A program made the position numbers and the translations under genes. Of a stretch of DNA of 64,000 bases, positions 1 to 9,154 are shown piece after piece. Every line of letters starts with the position of its first letter. Within the stretch, counting starts at the first letter, position 1. This DNA comes from an uncultured bacterium. GTDB taxonomy: Bacteria > Desulfobacterota_D > UBA1144 > Nemesobacterales > UBA2774. The notes under the pieces were generated by a model, which was given only the letters and a program-made list of their open reading frames with translations, was not told the DNA's origin and searched no databases. The stretch lies in the NCBI GenBank assembly GCA_963825135.1, contig CAWGRW010000009.1, positions 672,001-736,000 of the forward strand, given 5' to 3'.

Positions 1-67
1 CTGCCGCCGGGTTCCCGCCGAAAGGCTTCTCCGTAAACGCGTCAGCCTGATATATCTCTATTGCCAT
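1..67 (-). CDS. PhzF-family isomerase, N-terminus only (runs off the window)
   Basis: Manual translation from ATG at 67 gives MAIEIYQADAFTEKPFGGNPAA, the PhzF/YddE N-terminal signature (DAFT..PF.GNPAA); AAGGAG SD upstream. Not in the ORF track because it is truncated. Confidence 0.85.
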   Translation of the reverse strand, partial: MAIEIYQADAFTEKPFGGNPAA

Positions 68-216
68 TATCGCTTCGCTCCTTCTTCAATCTCCGGCACC
101 GGGACAGCATCCTTCGGCCGTTCCGGAGAATCTAAATATATATTGCGGGATTTCCCGTGACAATTTAAACTTATTACAGGATGCGTTCACATAAGGCACG
201 GGGTGAAACGGGCAAT

Positions 217-244
217 TTGACATTTTTCCACGTTTCTTTATTGT
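217..244 (+). promoter_or_regulatory. sigma70-type promoter for panBCD
   Basis: TTGACA (217-222), 16-nt spacer, TATTGT (239-244). Confidence 0.55.
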
Positions 245-289
245 TATACCGCGCTTTATTGAATTTATCCGTTGATTGAACAGTTTTAC

Positions 290-428
290 CGCCTGGATCC
301 CCCCGGGGACCGGGACGGAGGAAGCGTTGAAAAGACAAGAGTGGGACGGAACTCAGGCCGTACCCGGCATAAATTGTGAATGAAACAAGCCAGTAGAGGA
401 TTATTCCGTCCTCGATCTGGCTTTTTTT
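290..428 (+). promoter_or_regulatory. structured panB leader/attenuator (pan RNA motif candidate)
   Basis: Hairpin AAGCCAG-TA-GAGGA...TCCTC-GAT-CTGGCTT (387-423) with T run to 428, just before panB. Two upstream GGGACGGA copies (about 312 and 343) are complementary to TTCCGTCC in the hairpin. Confidence 0.6.
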
Positions 429-446
429 GTTGGAAAGGCGGACCGA

Positions 447-1247
447 ATGAAAAAAATGACAGCCCCCGTAATACGCTCGATGAAGGCTGAGGGCCTGAAG
501 ATAGTCATGGTGACGGCGTACGACGCGGCCACCGCCCGTATGGTAGACGAGGCGGGAGTGGACATAGTGCTCGTCGGGGACTCGCTCGGAAACGTGGTCC
601 AGGGGCTCCCGAACACGCTCCCCGTGACTATCGAGGACATGATCTATCACACGAGGATAGTGTCGAGGGGGATAAGCCGCGCTCACCTCGCGGCCGATAT
701 GCCGTTCATGTCGTACCAGGCGTCTAGAGAGGAGGCGCTCAGGAACGCCGGCAGGCTCGTCAAAGAGGCGGGCGCCGAATCGGTCAAGCTCGAAATAAAC
801 GAAGACTACGTGGAAACCCTGTACTCGATAAATAAATCCGGCATCCCCGTTATGGGGCATATAGGGCTCTGCCCCCAGTCCGTCCTGGAGATGGGGGGAT
901 ATAAGGTACAGGGGAGAGGGAGGCAAGAGGCGAGGAGGCTCATCGACCTCGCGAAAATGATAGAAGCCGCGGGGGCGTTTTCAATCGTCCTCGAGAGCAT
1001 ACCGAGGACGCTTGCCCGGGAAATTACGGACTCCATCAAAATTCCGACTATCGGCATCGGGGCCGGACCCGGCTGCGACGGCCAGGTGCTGGTCATCAAC
1101 GACCTCCTGGGACTCTCGCCCGAGCCTACGCCCAGGTTCGTGAAAAAATACGCGGAGCTCAGGGAGCTCGTGGGACAATCCACGAGGGAATTCATCGAAG
1201 AGGTCAGGTCCGGGCAATTCCCCGGACGGGAACATTCGTATGACTGA
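447..1247 (+). CDS. panB: 3-methyl-2-oxobutanoate hydroxymethyltransferase
   Basis: TAYD, LVGDSLG, DMPFMSY, GIGAG..CDGQVLV motifs. Confidence 0.98.
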   Translation: MKKMTAPVIRSMKAEGLKIVMVTAYDAATARMVDEAGVDIVLVGDSLGNVVQGLPNTLPVTIEDMIYHTRIVSRGISRAHLAADMPFMSYQASREEALRNAGRLVKEAGAESVKLEINEDYVETLYSINKSGIPVMGHIGLCPQSVLEMGGYKVQGRGRQEARRLIDLAKMIEAAGAFSIVLESIPRTLAREITDSIKIPTIGIGAGPGCDGQVLVINDLLGLSPEPTPRFVKKYAELRELVGQSTREFIEEVRSGQFPGREHSYD

Positions 1248-2097
1248 AGAGACGAAGATCAGGGTCATAGACTCGATTAAAGAGATGCAGGATTTATCGA
1301 ACCTGCTTATAAAAGAGGGGAAGACCATCGCTTTCGTCCCGACCATGGGGGCGCTCCACGAGGGGCATTTAAGCCTCATGAAAGAGGGGAAAAAACACGG
1401 GGACGTGCTCGTCGCGAGCGTCTTTGTAAACCCGGCCCAGTTCGGACGGAACGAGGATTACGGCAGCTACGCGAGGGACAGGGAGGGGGACCTCGAAAAG
1501 ATGACCGCGGCGGGGGTCGATATAGCCTTCTTCCCCCGCACGGACGAGATCTATCCGCAAGGATACGAGACGTACGTCCAGGTGACGGAGCTCGAGAAGC
1601 CGCTCTGCGGGAGGTTCCGCCCCGGTCATTTCAGGGGAGTCGCGACAGTCGTGCTGAAGCTGTTCAATATAGTGAAGCCGCACGCCGCACTTTTCGGGGA
1701 AAAGGACTATCAGCAACTCCGGGTAATAAGAAAAATGGCCGGAGACCTGAACTTGGAAGTGAGCATCATAGGGATGCCCATCGTCAGGGAGGAAAGCGGC
1801 CTCGCCATGAGCTCGAGAAACGCGTACCTCTCCCCGGAAGAGAGAGAAAAAGCCGCATACCTTTCGCTTGCGCTCGGGGAAATAAAGAAGAGCTTCGACG
1901 GCGGGGAAAGAGACGCGTCGAGCCTCGTGAGAGAGGGGTACGGCGTGCTCGGGAGAGGGTCGGTCGGCGATGTGGATTACCTCGAAATCATGGACGGAGA
2001 AACGCTCCGGCATAAGGAGCTCGCGGCGGCGGGAGACGTGGCCGCGCTGGCGGTACGTATCGGGAAAACAAGGCTGATCGATAACACCGTGCTTTAA
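1240..2097 (+). CDS. panC: pantoate--beta-alanine ligase
   Basis: FVPTMGALHEGH, RPGHFRGV, FGEKDYQQ, LAMSSRN, RLIDN. Confidence 0.98.
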   Translation: MTEETKIRVIDSIKEMQDLSNLLIKEGKTIAFVPTMGALHEGHLSLMKEGKKHGDVLVASVFVNPAQFGRNEDYGSYARDREGDLEKMTAAGVDIAFFPRTDEIYPQGYETYVQVTELEKPLCGRFRPGHFRGVATVVLKLFNIVKPHAALFGEKDYQQLRVIRKMAGDLNLEVSIIGMPIVREESGLAMSSRNAYLSPEEREKAAYLSLALGEIKKSFDGGERDASSLVREGYGVLGRGSVGDVDYLEIMDGETLRHKELAAAGDVAALAVRIGKTRLIDNTVL

Positions 2098-2125
2098 AGC
2101 ATATAAAACCAGAGGGGGAATTAAG

Positions 2126-2515
2126 ATGCACAGGACACTTCTTAAATCCAAAATACACCGCGTAACGGTGAGCGACGCAAACATCGAATACGAAGGGAGC
2201 ATCACGGTCGACAGGAACCTGATGGACGCCGCCGATTTTCATCACTACGAGCAGGTGCATATATTCAACGTGACCAACGGAAACAGATTCGTTACCTATG
2301 TAATCGAGGGCGAGCGCGGCTCGAACGAAATATGCGTTAACGGGGCGGCCGCACACCTGGCCAAAAAGGGGGACTGTCTCATAGTCGCGAGCTTTGCATC
2401 ATACAATGAGAGCGAATGCGAAGCCCACGTACCCAAGCTGGTATACGTGGACGGGAAGAACCAAATTACCAGAATCGGACCCGCGCAGAGCAAGTTGAAG
2501 GTCGCCGAGAGCTGA
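2126..2515 (+). CDS. panD: aspartate 1-decarboxylase proenzyme
   Basis: KSKIHR, YEG/SITVD self-cleavage site, NGAAA. Confidence 0.98.
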   Translation: MHRTLLKSKIHRVTVSDANIEYEGSITVDRNLMDAADFHHYEQVHIFNVTNGNRFVTYVIEGERGSNEICVNGAAAHLAKKGDCLIVASFASYNESECEAHVPKLVYVDGKNQITRIGPAQSKLKVAES

Positions 2516-2675
2516 ACGTCCTGAAACGCCCGACAACAGGGCATCGGCGCGCCGGGTTATCTCCTTATACGTATATAAATTTATTTTATTCGTAATTTTT
2601 ATTGCCGCATAAAGCGCTATTTGTACGAATTTTGTTAAATTCGGGAGCTTAACGGTACAAAATGCATCATAAATA

Positions 2676-2704
2676 TTGACAGAAGTGATTCTGGAGGTTA
2701 TAAA
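2676..2704 (+). promoter_or_regulatory. sigma70-type promoter for the 2821-5742 operon
   Basis: TTGACA (2676-2681), 17-nt spacer, TATAAA (2699-2704). Confidence 0.6.
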
Positions 2705-2820
2705 TGTTAAGCAGTATTAAAGGAGGAGAAAGGATACAGAATTCGTAATTCTGCGGATTCTTCTGTATTACTCCAACAAATATAACGTCATGCATATCCT
2801 TTTGAAGCGGAGAAAATATT

Positions 2821-3594
2821 ATGAAAGCTGTAATACTCGCAGCTGGTAGAGGTAAAAGGCTTTACCCTTATACTAAATATATACCGAAATGCCTACTCGA
2901 TATCGGCGGCGAGACTATTCTTGAGCACCAGATTAACCACCTGCGCGACTGCGGAATAGACGAAGTGGTAATCGTAGTCGGGTTCGGTTTCGAAAAAGTT
3001 GAAAATTTCCTGAGAAACTATGACGGGCTCGGGATGAGGATCAAAACACTCTATAACCCCTTTTACCAGACAACCAACAGCCTTATATCGCTCTGGATCG
3101 CCAGGGGAGAGATGGACGACGATATCGTCGTAATGAACGGGGACGACGTGTTCGAGATAGAAGTGCTCGAGCAGGCCCTCAGGATGAGGGACGAGAAAAT
3201 CTGTCTCCCCATAAAAAGGAAGTCGAGCTACGAAGACGAAGACATGAAAGTCGTGATCAAGGAAACCAAAATCGTCGACATAAGTAAAACACTGACGAAC
3301 AGGGCTTCGGCCGAATCCGTCGGCGTAAGGGTTTTCAGGGACACCGGCGTAGAGCTCATGAAACGGGCGATAGAAGAAGAAATGAGGACCGTCGGGGCTG
3401 AAAACAAATGGTACATATCGGCCATCCACAGGCTGATAAAGAAGGGATACAAAGTAAAATCGCTCGATATAAACGATCTCTTCTGGATGGACGTGGACTA
3501 TCCCAGCGATCTTTTTAAGGCAAGATTCAATTCGAATAAATTCATAAAGAAATCTTATCAGGAAAGGGTCCTAAGAGTTGTAGAAACAAGCTGA
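2821..3594 (+). CDS. phosphocholine/sugar-phosphate cytidylyltransferase family (LicC/IPCT-like NTP transferase)
   Basis: MKAVILAAGRGKRL...PKCLL, NGD, WMDVDYPSDL. Confidence 0.88.
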   Translation: MKAVILAAGRGKRLYPYTKYIPKCLLDIGGETILEHQINHLRDCGIDEVVIVVGFGFEKVENFLRNYDGLGMRIKTLYNPFYQTTNSLISLWIARGEMDDDIVVMNGDDVFEIEVLEQALRMRDEKICLPIKRKSSYEDEDMKVVIKETKIVDISKTLTNRASAESVGVRVFRDTGVELMKRAIEEEMRTVGAENKWYISAIHRLIKKGYKVKSLDINDLFWMDVDYPSDLFKARFNSNKFIKKSYQERVLRVVETS

Positions 3595-3598
3595 GAAA

Positions 3599-4921
3599 AT
3601 GGACCATGCAATAGTTGTTGCCGCCGGCACGGGTGTAGAAGAAGAAAGCCTGAGCGCTCACGGAAAGACCGTATTCGGTTCCCTTCCACAAATCAAACGT
3701 CTCGTCATCACCGCCCAAAGAGCCGGCATTAAAAAATTCACGATAGTCACGGAAAAGGGAGACTCTTCTTTAAAGGATCTCCTGTCCGGCGATAAACGCA
3801 TAGAGAGCGATATAAGCTGGCATCCCCTGGGGTCGGAGGTAAGCCTCGGCTCCGATCTCTCCCTGATCATTCAATCCAACCTGATAACGACCCCGCGCGG
3901 GCTCTCTAATTTCATGGAGCACGAATGCGCCCCGGACGAGATAGCGGTGCTTGTGGACTCCGAGGACGACGCCTGGATCAAATCGGGCGGCGATGAAGTC
4001 TCGGACGTCTTTTCAGGCGGAGGAAAGGCCGTAGGCGCCTTCATGGCGTCAGGCAGGCTGCTCGAGAAATCGATCATGGATTCGATGTCGATGAGATCGT
4101 TCGTCCAGGAGCACATAGGGAGAGACAAAGTCAAGCTCAGGAAGTTCTCGGACTCATACTGGATGCGTCTCGATTCGGACAGAAACAACGCCGAGAGGGC
4201 CGAGGACCTGATATTCGCGCACGTCGGCAAGACCGCGACAGGCTGGCTGTCGAGAAACATCAACAGCAAGATATCCCTGCCGACGAGCAGGCTCCTGGTC
4301 AGGACGCCCCTCACCCCGAATATGATCAGCGTGCTCATCAACGTAATCGGAATGCTGTGCGGGGTGTTCTACGCAATAGGTCATCCGGTGTGGGGCGCGC
4401 TCTTCATGCAGGCGGCTACGATTCTCGACCGCTGCGACGGGGAGGTCGCCCGCGTAAAGCTGATGGAGACGCACAAAGGACAATGGGTCGATACGATTTC
4501 CGACCAGGTAACGGTCCTGTCTTTTATATTGGGCGTCCCGATCGGGTATTACGTCGTTTCAAAGAGCCCGCTCGCAATAATATTGGGCGCAATAAACCTG
4601 TCCATTTTCATATTTTTCGTAGTCTGGTCGTTCTACTTCCTCAAGAAATATACGAATTCGGGAAGCCTTGTAACTTACTTCGATGTCGATAAACTAGTTG
4701 AGGGGCAGAAACTGTCGCTCGCGCGAAGGTTCATCACGCTGATCCGGCCCATGGGCAGAAGGAATTTCTATTCCCTCGCATTCCTGGTGCTTGCGATCGT
4801 CGGGGGATACCCTTGGGTACTCGGCATCCTGACTGCAGCATTGGTTGCGTTTCTGATTCATCAGATTGAAGATATGATAAAATTACGGAGAGTCGATCCG
4901 AAAAGCAGTATCTTAAAATAA
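3599..4921 (+). CDS. CDP-alcohol phosphatidyltransferase with degenerate N-terminal NTP-transferase-like domain
   Basis: CDP-AP signature DRCDGEVAR-x8-GQWVDTISD, TPN motif and several TM helices; the N-terminus AIVVAAGTG lacks the following R/PK residues. Confidence 0.88.
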   Translation: MDHAIVVAAGTGVEEESLSAHGKTVFGSLPQIKRLVITAQRAGIKKFTIVTEKGDSSLKDLLSGDKRIESDISWHPLGSEVSLGSDLSLIIQSNLITTPRGLSNFMEHECAPDEIAVLVDSEDDAWIKSGGDEVSDVFSGGGKAVGAFMASGRLLEKSIMDSMSMRSFVQEHIGRDKVKLRKFSDSYWMRLDSDRNNAERAEDLIFAHVGKTATGWLSRNINSKISLPTSRLLVRTPLTPNMISVLINVIGMLCGVFYAIGHPVWGALFMQAATILDRCDGEVARVKLMETHKGQWVDTISDQVTVLSFILGVPIGYYVVSKSPLAIILGAINLSIFIFFVVWSFYFLKKYTNSGSLVTYFDVDKLVEGQKLSLARRFITLIRPMGRRNFYSLAFLVLAIVGGYPWVLGILTAALVAFLIHQIEDMIKLRRVDPKSSILK

Positions 4922-4944
4922 TATCGTGCAGGAAGGGAATTAAC

Positions 4945-5742
4945 ATGGCAGATCCAGCTCAAAAAGATACGAAAGAAACCGGACAGAGCGGAAACGGCAG
5001 TAAGTTTCAGGCGGATTACGAAGTGAAGGAGTACATGCCGGGGCTTATGACGCTGGTCATCAAGTTCGTGGAAAAAACGAACGTCCTGTTCGCAAAACAC
5101 GGGAACCCCTCGATTTACGACAAGAAGACCTTCCCCTGGGTCGCCGAGGTCGAAAAGGAATGGAAGAAAATAAGAGCCGAGCTCGACAAGGTGATGGAAA
5201 GAAAGGAGGACCTCCCCAGTTTTCACGAAATTATGCCGGAGGTAAAAACGATAACTACGGATAACCTCTGGAAAACGTTCTTCCTCGCCGGATACGGGCT
5301 CGAGAGCGACGAGAATGCGAACAGGTGTCCCGAAACGACCCGCATCATAAAAAAGATACCGGGGATGAAAACCGCGTTTTATTCCATCCTCGCCCCGAAG
5401 AAACACATCCCGGCTCACAAGGGGCCCTATAACGGAGTCCTGCGTTATCACCTGGGCCTGATAGTGCCCGAGCCCAAAGAGAAGTGCCGCATCCGGATCG
5501 TGGATAAAGTGACCCACTGGGACGAGGGCGACAGCATCATATTCGACGATACGTTCGAGCACGAGGTCTGGAACGACACTAGCGGCTTCAGGGCCGTGCT
5601 GTTCGTCGACTTCGTCCGTCCCGTGAGATTTCCCTTTAACATGTTAAACGAATTCCTTATTAACGCCGCGTCGTTCGCCCCGCTGATAAAGGAAGCGGAA
5701 GTCCGGCATAAAGACTGGGAAAAGAAATTTTATAAGCAGTAA
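4945..5742 (+). CDS. aspartyl/asparaginyl beta-hydroxylase-domain 2OG-Fe(II) dioxygenase
   Basis: HIPAHKGPYNGVLRYHLGL and FDDTFEHEVWN...RAVLFVD. Confidence 0.9.
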   Translation: MADPAQKDTKETGQSGNGSKFQADYEVKEYMPGLMTLVIKFVEKTNVLFAKHGNPSIYDKKTFPWVAEVEKEWKKIRAELDKVMERKEDLPSFHEIMPEVKTITTDNLWKTFFLAGYGLESDENANRCPETTRIIKKIPGMKTAFYSILAPKKHIPAHKGPYNGVLRYHLGLIVPEPKEKCRIRIVDKVTHWDEGDSIIFDDTFEHEVWNDTSGFRAVLFVDFVRPVRFPFNMLNEFLINAASFAPLIKEAEVRHKDWEKKFYKQ

Positions 5743-5943
5743 CGCCCGCAAGAAACCCCCGGTGGAGTTGGTAATCAATATCGCTCGCGAAAACACCCGA
5801 CCGCTCAACGCGTATGAGGAATTCGCCTCGCATCGATTGGCGCCGCATCCGCCGAAATGCCGGGCAATCCGAATCCATACTCTATTCCCGGATTCGGGAA
5901 TCGGCTCAGACGGCGCGCTCTGAAACCGCAGAGAATTCACTCT

Positions 5944-5971
5944 TGACAAACCGGTTAATGTACTTATCTTA
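5944..5971 (+). promoter_or_regulatory. sigma70-type promoter upstream of DksA paralogue 1
   Basis: TTGACA, 16-nt spacer, TATCTT; coordinates approximate to within 1-2 nt. Confidence 0.5.
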
Positions 5972-6138
5972 ATAGACCTTCGATTTGATATCGAGGATTG
6001 GACCGAAAGCATTTTTGACATGAACCCGGCGGCAGGGCTTTTTCAAGCGGAGACCGAAAGCCGTTCTGATTATTGATGAGATTACAGGCGGTTAAGTAAT
6101 CCACTAGTGAATAATGAATAAGGAGACCCCTTATCACC

Positions 6139-6537
6139 ATGGCCAAGACCACAAAAAAAGCACCCCCGAAGAAGAAGGTAACGAAAAAACCGAAGAAGGA
6201 CTGGCGGGACGGCATAAAAAAGATGCTCCTGCAAATGAGGAAGGAGCTTCTTCTGGAAGTCACTCAGACTATGAGAGCGGAATCCGACCACCTGAAATTC
6301 GACATAGGGGATTTCTACGACCACGCCTCGACGGACAGGGACAGGGAGCTTGCTCTTATGCTCGCCGACAGGGAGCGGGAGAAGCTCACTCATGTCGATG
6401 ACGCGCTAAAGAGGATAGAGACGGGAACCTACGGCATATGCGAGTCGTGCGAAGAGGAAATCGACAAGGAAAGGCTCGCTGCCATGCCGTTTACGAAACT
6501 ATGCCTTTCCTGCCAGGAAGACCTGGAAAGGCAGTAG
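6139..6537 (+). CDS. DksA/TraR C4-type zinc finger protein (paralogue 1, Lys-rich N-terminus)
   Basis: DFYDHA coiled-coil tip, YGICESC...CLSC zinc finger; AAGGAG SD. Confidence 0.92.
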   Translation: MAKTTKKAPPKKKVTKKPKKDWRDGIKKMLLQMRKELLLEVTQTMRAESDHLKFDIGDFYDHASTDRDRELALMLADREREKLTHVDDALKRIETGTYGICESCEEEIDKERLAAMPFTKLCLSCQEDLERQ

Positions 6538-6623
6538 AGCCGTCTAAAACCATATTACATCTTGCGAGGAATTTCCAGGCGCCGGTTTTTGTAATGATAT
6601 GCAGAGCCATAATACGTCGCGGG

Positions 6624-7661
6624 CTAATGCTTATCGACAACCTCGCTAAGGACCGCAAAAGGTTTTTCAACGACGCCCTTCTCGGTAATGATCGCGCTTA
6701 TGTTCTCGTTCGGAGTGATGTCGAACGCGGGATTGAAGACGTTCACCCGGGCCGCTATCCTCGTCCCGTTTATGTGCGTGACCTCCCGGGAATCCCTCTC
6801 CTCTATCGGGATCGAATCCCCGTCCGGACAATCGAAATCAATCGTCGACAACGGGGCCGCGACGTAAAACGGGATATTATGCGTCTTGGCCAGAACGGAT
6901 ATGGTGTAAGTCCCTATCTTATTGGCGACGTCCCCGTTCGCGGCGATCCTGTCGGCCCCAACGACAACCGCGTTCACCATATCCTTACTCATTACGTACC
7001 CGGCCATGTTATCGGTGATTATAGTTACGGGGATGCCGTCCCTGTCGAGCTCCCACGCCGTGAGCCGGGCGCCCTGAAGAAAGGGCCTCGTCTCGGTCGC
7101 GATGACCTTTATATTTTTCCCGCCTTCCACGGCCGCCCTTATCACCCCGAGCGCGGTCCCGTAACCACCGGTGGCCAGCGCGCCGGCGTTGCAGTGCGTC
7201 ATGATCACGGAGTTATCTTTTATAAGCCCGGCCCCGGCTTTCCCGATATTCCTGCAGGTCTCGACGTCCTCTTCGAGAATATCCCGGGCTTCCCTGACGA
7301 GAGTCAGCTTTAATTTCTCGACGCCCCCCTCCCCTTCTTCGAGCACCCTGAGCATCCTCTTCACGGCCCACGACAGATTGACCGCGGTGGGTCTCGTTCC
7401 GAGAATTACCCCGGAGATCCTCTTTACTTCGGATATGAATTCGGCCCTGTCGCTAGTCGGGACATTGACCGCTCCGAGAGCTATGCCCATGCCGGCCGCG
7501 ACCCCGATCGCGGGAGCTCCCCGGATGACCATGCGTTTTATCGCGTCGGCCACGTCCCCGTATGTCTTGCATTCGACGTACGTCTCCTCTCCGGGCAGCC
7601 TGGTCTGGTCTATCATCACGACTCTGTCATCTTTCCACTCTATCGTATTAAAAGAAGCCAT
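6624..7661 (-). CDS. mtnA: S-methyl-5-thioribose-1-phosphate isomerase
   Basis: [41 protein letters not shown]. Confidence 0.97.
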   Translation of the reverse strand: MASFNTIEWKDDRVVMIDQTRLPGEETYVECKTYGDVADAIKRMVIRGAPAIGVAAGMGIALGAVNVPTSDRAEFISEVKRISGVILGTRPTAVNLSWAVKRMLRVLEEGEGGVEKLKLTLVREARDILEEDVETCRNIGKAGAGLIKDNSVIMTHCNAGALATGGYGTALGVIRAAVEGGKNIKVIATETRPFLQGARLTAWELDRDGIPVTIITDNMAGYVMSKDMVNAVVVGADRIAANGDVANKIGTYTISVLAKTHNIPFYVAAPLSTIDFDCPDGDSIPIEERDSREVTHINGTRIAARVNVFNPAFDITPNENISAIITEKGVVEKPFAVLSEVVDKH

Positions 7662-7725
7662 ATAACCCGCCTGTCAACATCTGTGATGGTATCGCCAAAC
7701 AAATCTACGGGAGAGCGCGCGTGCG

Positions 7726-8598
7726 TCAATCGAGCCTGAACCTGAACGCGACCCACTCGCCCTCCGCCACTTCCTTGTCGAGCTTAAACCCGGCGTCCAC
7801 AAGGCACCTCAGCGCCTCGTCCCTTATTCTGCCGGGGATTCCGGAAACGATCAGCCTTCCCCCTTCGGCAAGTCTCGACTTAAATTCCTCTCTCATGTGG
7901 TATATGGGCTCAAGATACACATTGGCGACGATAAGGTCGTATACGCCGCGCACGCTTTGAATAAAGCCGCAAAAAAACCTTATCTTGCCGGGCACCGAGT
8001 TCCTCTCAGCGTTCTTTCTCGATTCCGAGAGAGCGATAGGGTCCGTGTCGAAGGCCGTCACGTTTCCGATGCCGAGCTTATAGGCGGAGATCGCGAGAAT
8101 CGCGCTCCCGCAGCCGACGTCGAGCATGCTTCCGACTTTCCCCGTCCCGGCGGCTTCCTCGATGAAAGCGATGCAAAGCCTCGTCGTCTCGTGGTGTCCG
8201 GTCCCGAACGCGAGTGAAGGGTTTATTTCGATTACCACCTCTCCGGCTTCGGGCGCGTGTTTCTCCCAGGGCGGCACGATTACGACCTTTTCGCCGGCCC
8301 TTACCTTCGTCAGAACCGTCTTCCAAACCTCCCAGCTCGTACGGTCTATATGCTCGACGCCTAGAGTGACCAGCGTAGCGCCCGTCACGCTGTCCCGGAC
8401 AAACTCCGCAAAGTCCCCGAGGCTGCTCATTACGGACGACAGATCGGTCTCCATCGGAAAGTATGAGGAGATCTCATAGACCCCGTCCTCCTTCACGTCT
8501 TCCGAGACCCCCAGTGAGCCCAGCCCCAGAAGGAAGTCGGAGAAGAGCGGGGCCGAGCTCTCGGACGTCCTGAATCTGATCTTGGATAGCTTGTACAA
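7726..8598 (-). CDS. prmA: ribosomal protein L11 methyltransferase
   Basis: IVPPWE, INPSLAFGTGHHETT, LDVGCGS, YDLIVAN; TTG start with AGGGGG SD. Confidence 0.93.
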   Translation of the reverse strand: MYKLSKIRFRTSESSAPLFSDFLLGLGSLGVSEDVKEDGVYEISSYFPMETDLSSVMSSLGDFAEFVRDSVTGATLVTLGVEHIDRTSWEVWKTVLTKVRAGEKVVIVPPWEKHAPEAGEVVIEINPSLAFGTGHHETTRLCIAFIEEAAGTGKVGSMLDVGCGSAILAISAYKLGIGNVTAFDTDPIALSESRKNAERNSVPGKIRFFCGFIQSVRGVYDLIVANVYLEPIYHMREEFKSRLAEGGRLIVSGIPGRIRDEALRCLVDAGFKLDKEVAEGEWVAFRFRLD

Positions 8599-8741
8599 TA
8601 ATCCCCCCTGAGGTCAATCCGTATCGTCCATTATAATAACAGAGAAATGCCGACTATATAATTGGCGCACACGGCGTCCCCGACGGGGATACGACGTGCC
8701 GATGCGTCCGATCCGTCCCCTGACCCGATCCCCGGCCTCGT

Positions 8742-8770
8742 TTTACAGTATTTGCCATAAGTGCTATAAT
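8742..8770 (+). promoter_or_regulatory. sigma70 promoter with extended -10, 6 nt before the dksA ATG
   Basis: TTTACA (8742-8747), 17-nt spacer, TG-C-TATAAT (-10 at 8765-8770); ATG at 8777. Confidence 0.7.
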
Positions 8771-8776
8771 TTTTTT

Positions 8777-9139
8777 ATGGAAAAGCAAAAGCTCAAGCAC
8801 TTCAAGGAAATCCTCATAAAGAAGATGGCAGGCCTCATGGGCATAGCCGAGGGTACCGTCACAATGATGAGCGAAGGCGACGGTACGTTCCCCGACCCGC
8901 TCGACAGGGCGCTCTCGGAGTCCAGCACGACGATAGAGCTTCGGAAAAGGGACAGGGAAAGGAAGCTGATACAAAAAATACAAAAAGCTATCCAGAAAAC
9001 GGAAGACGGGAGTTACGGCGTATGCGAGATATGCGGGGAAGAAATAGCGGAGCACCGGCTCGAAGTAAGACCGGAAACGACGCTCTGCATAAGCTGTAAG
9101 GAGGAGCAGGAAGAGGTCGAGAGGCAATTCGGCATGTAG
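8777..9139 (+). CDS. dksA: RNA polymerase-binding protein DksA (paralogue 2)
   Basis: DPLDRA tip, ELRKRDRERKLIQKI, YGVCEICG...RP.TTLCISCK; start moved from 8696 to MEKQKL at 8777. Confidence 0.93.
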   Translation: MEKQKLKHFKEILIKKMAGLMGIAEGTVTMMSEGDGTFPDPLDRALSESSTTIELRKRDRERKLIQKIQKAIQKTEDGSYGVCEICGEEIAEHRLEVRPETTLCISCKEEQEEVERQFGM

Positions 9140-9154
9140 GGAGCGGGCAAAAAT

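Noticed and set aside
2715..2810. Strong SD-like AAAGGAGG and a hairpin in the cytidylyltransferase leader as a riboswitch or leader peptide
   Set aside because: No canonical start follows, and I recognise no aptamer consensus; too weak without comparative data.
6114..6401. 95-aa ORF overlapping DksA paralogue 1 in another frame
   Set aside because: No recognisable features; the SD favours the 6139 start.
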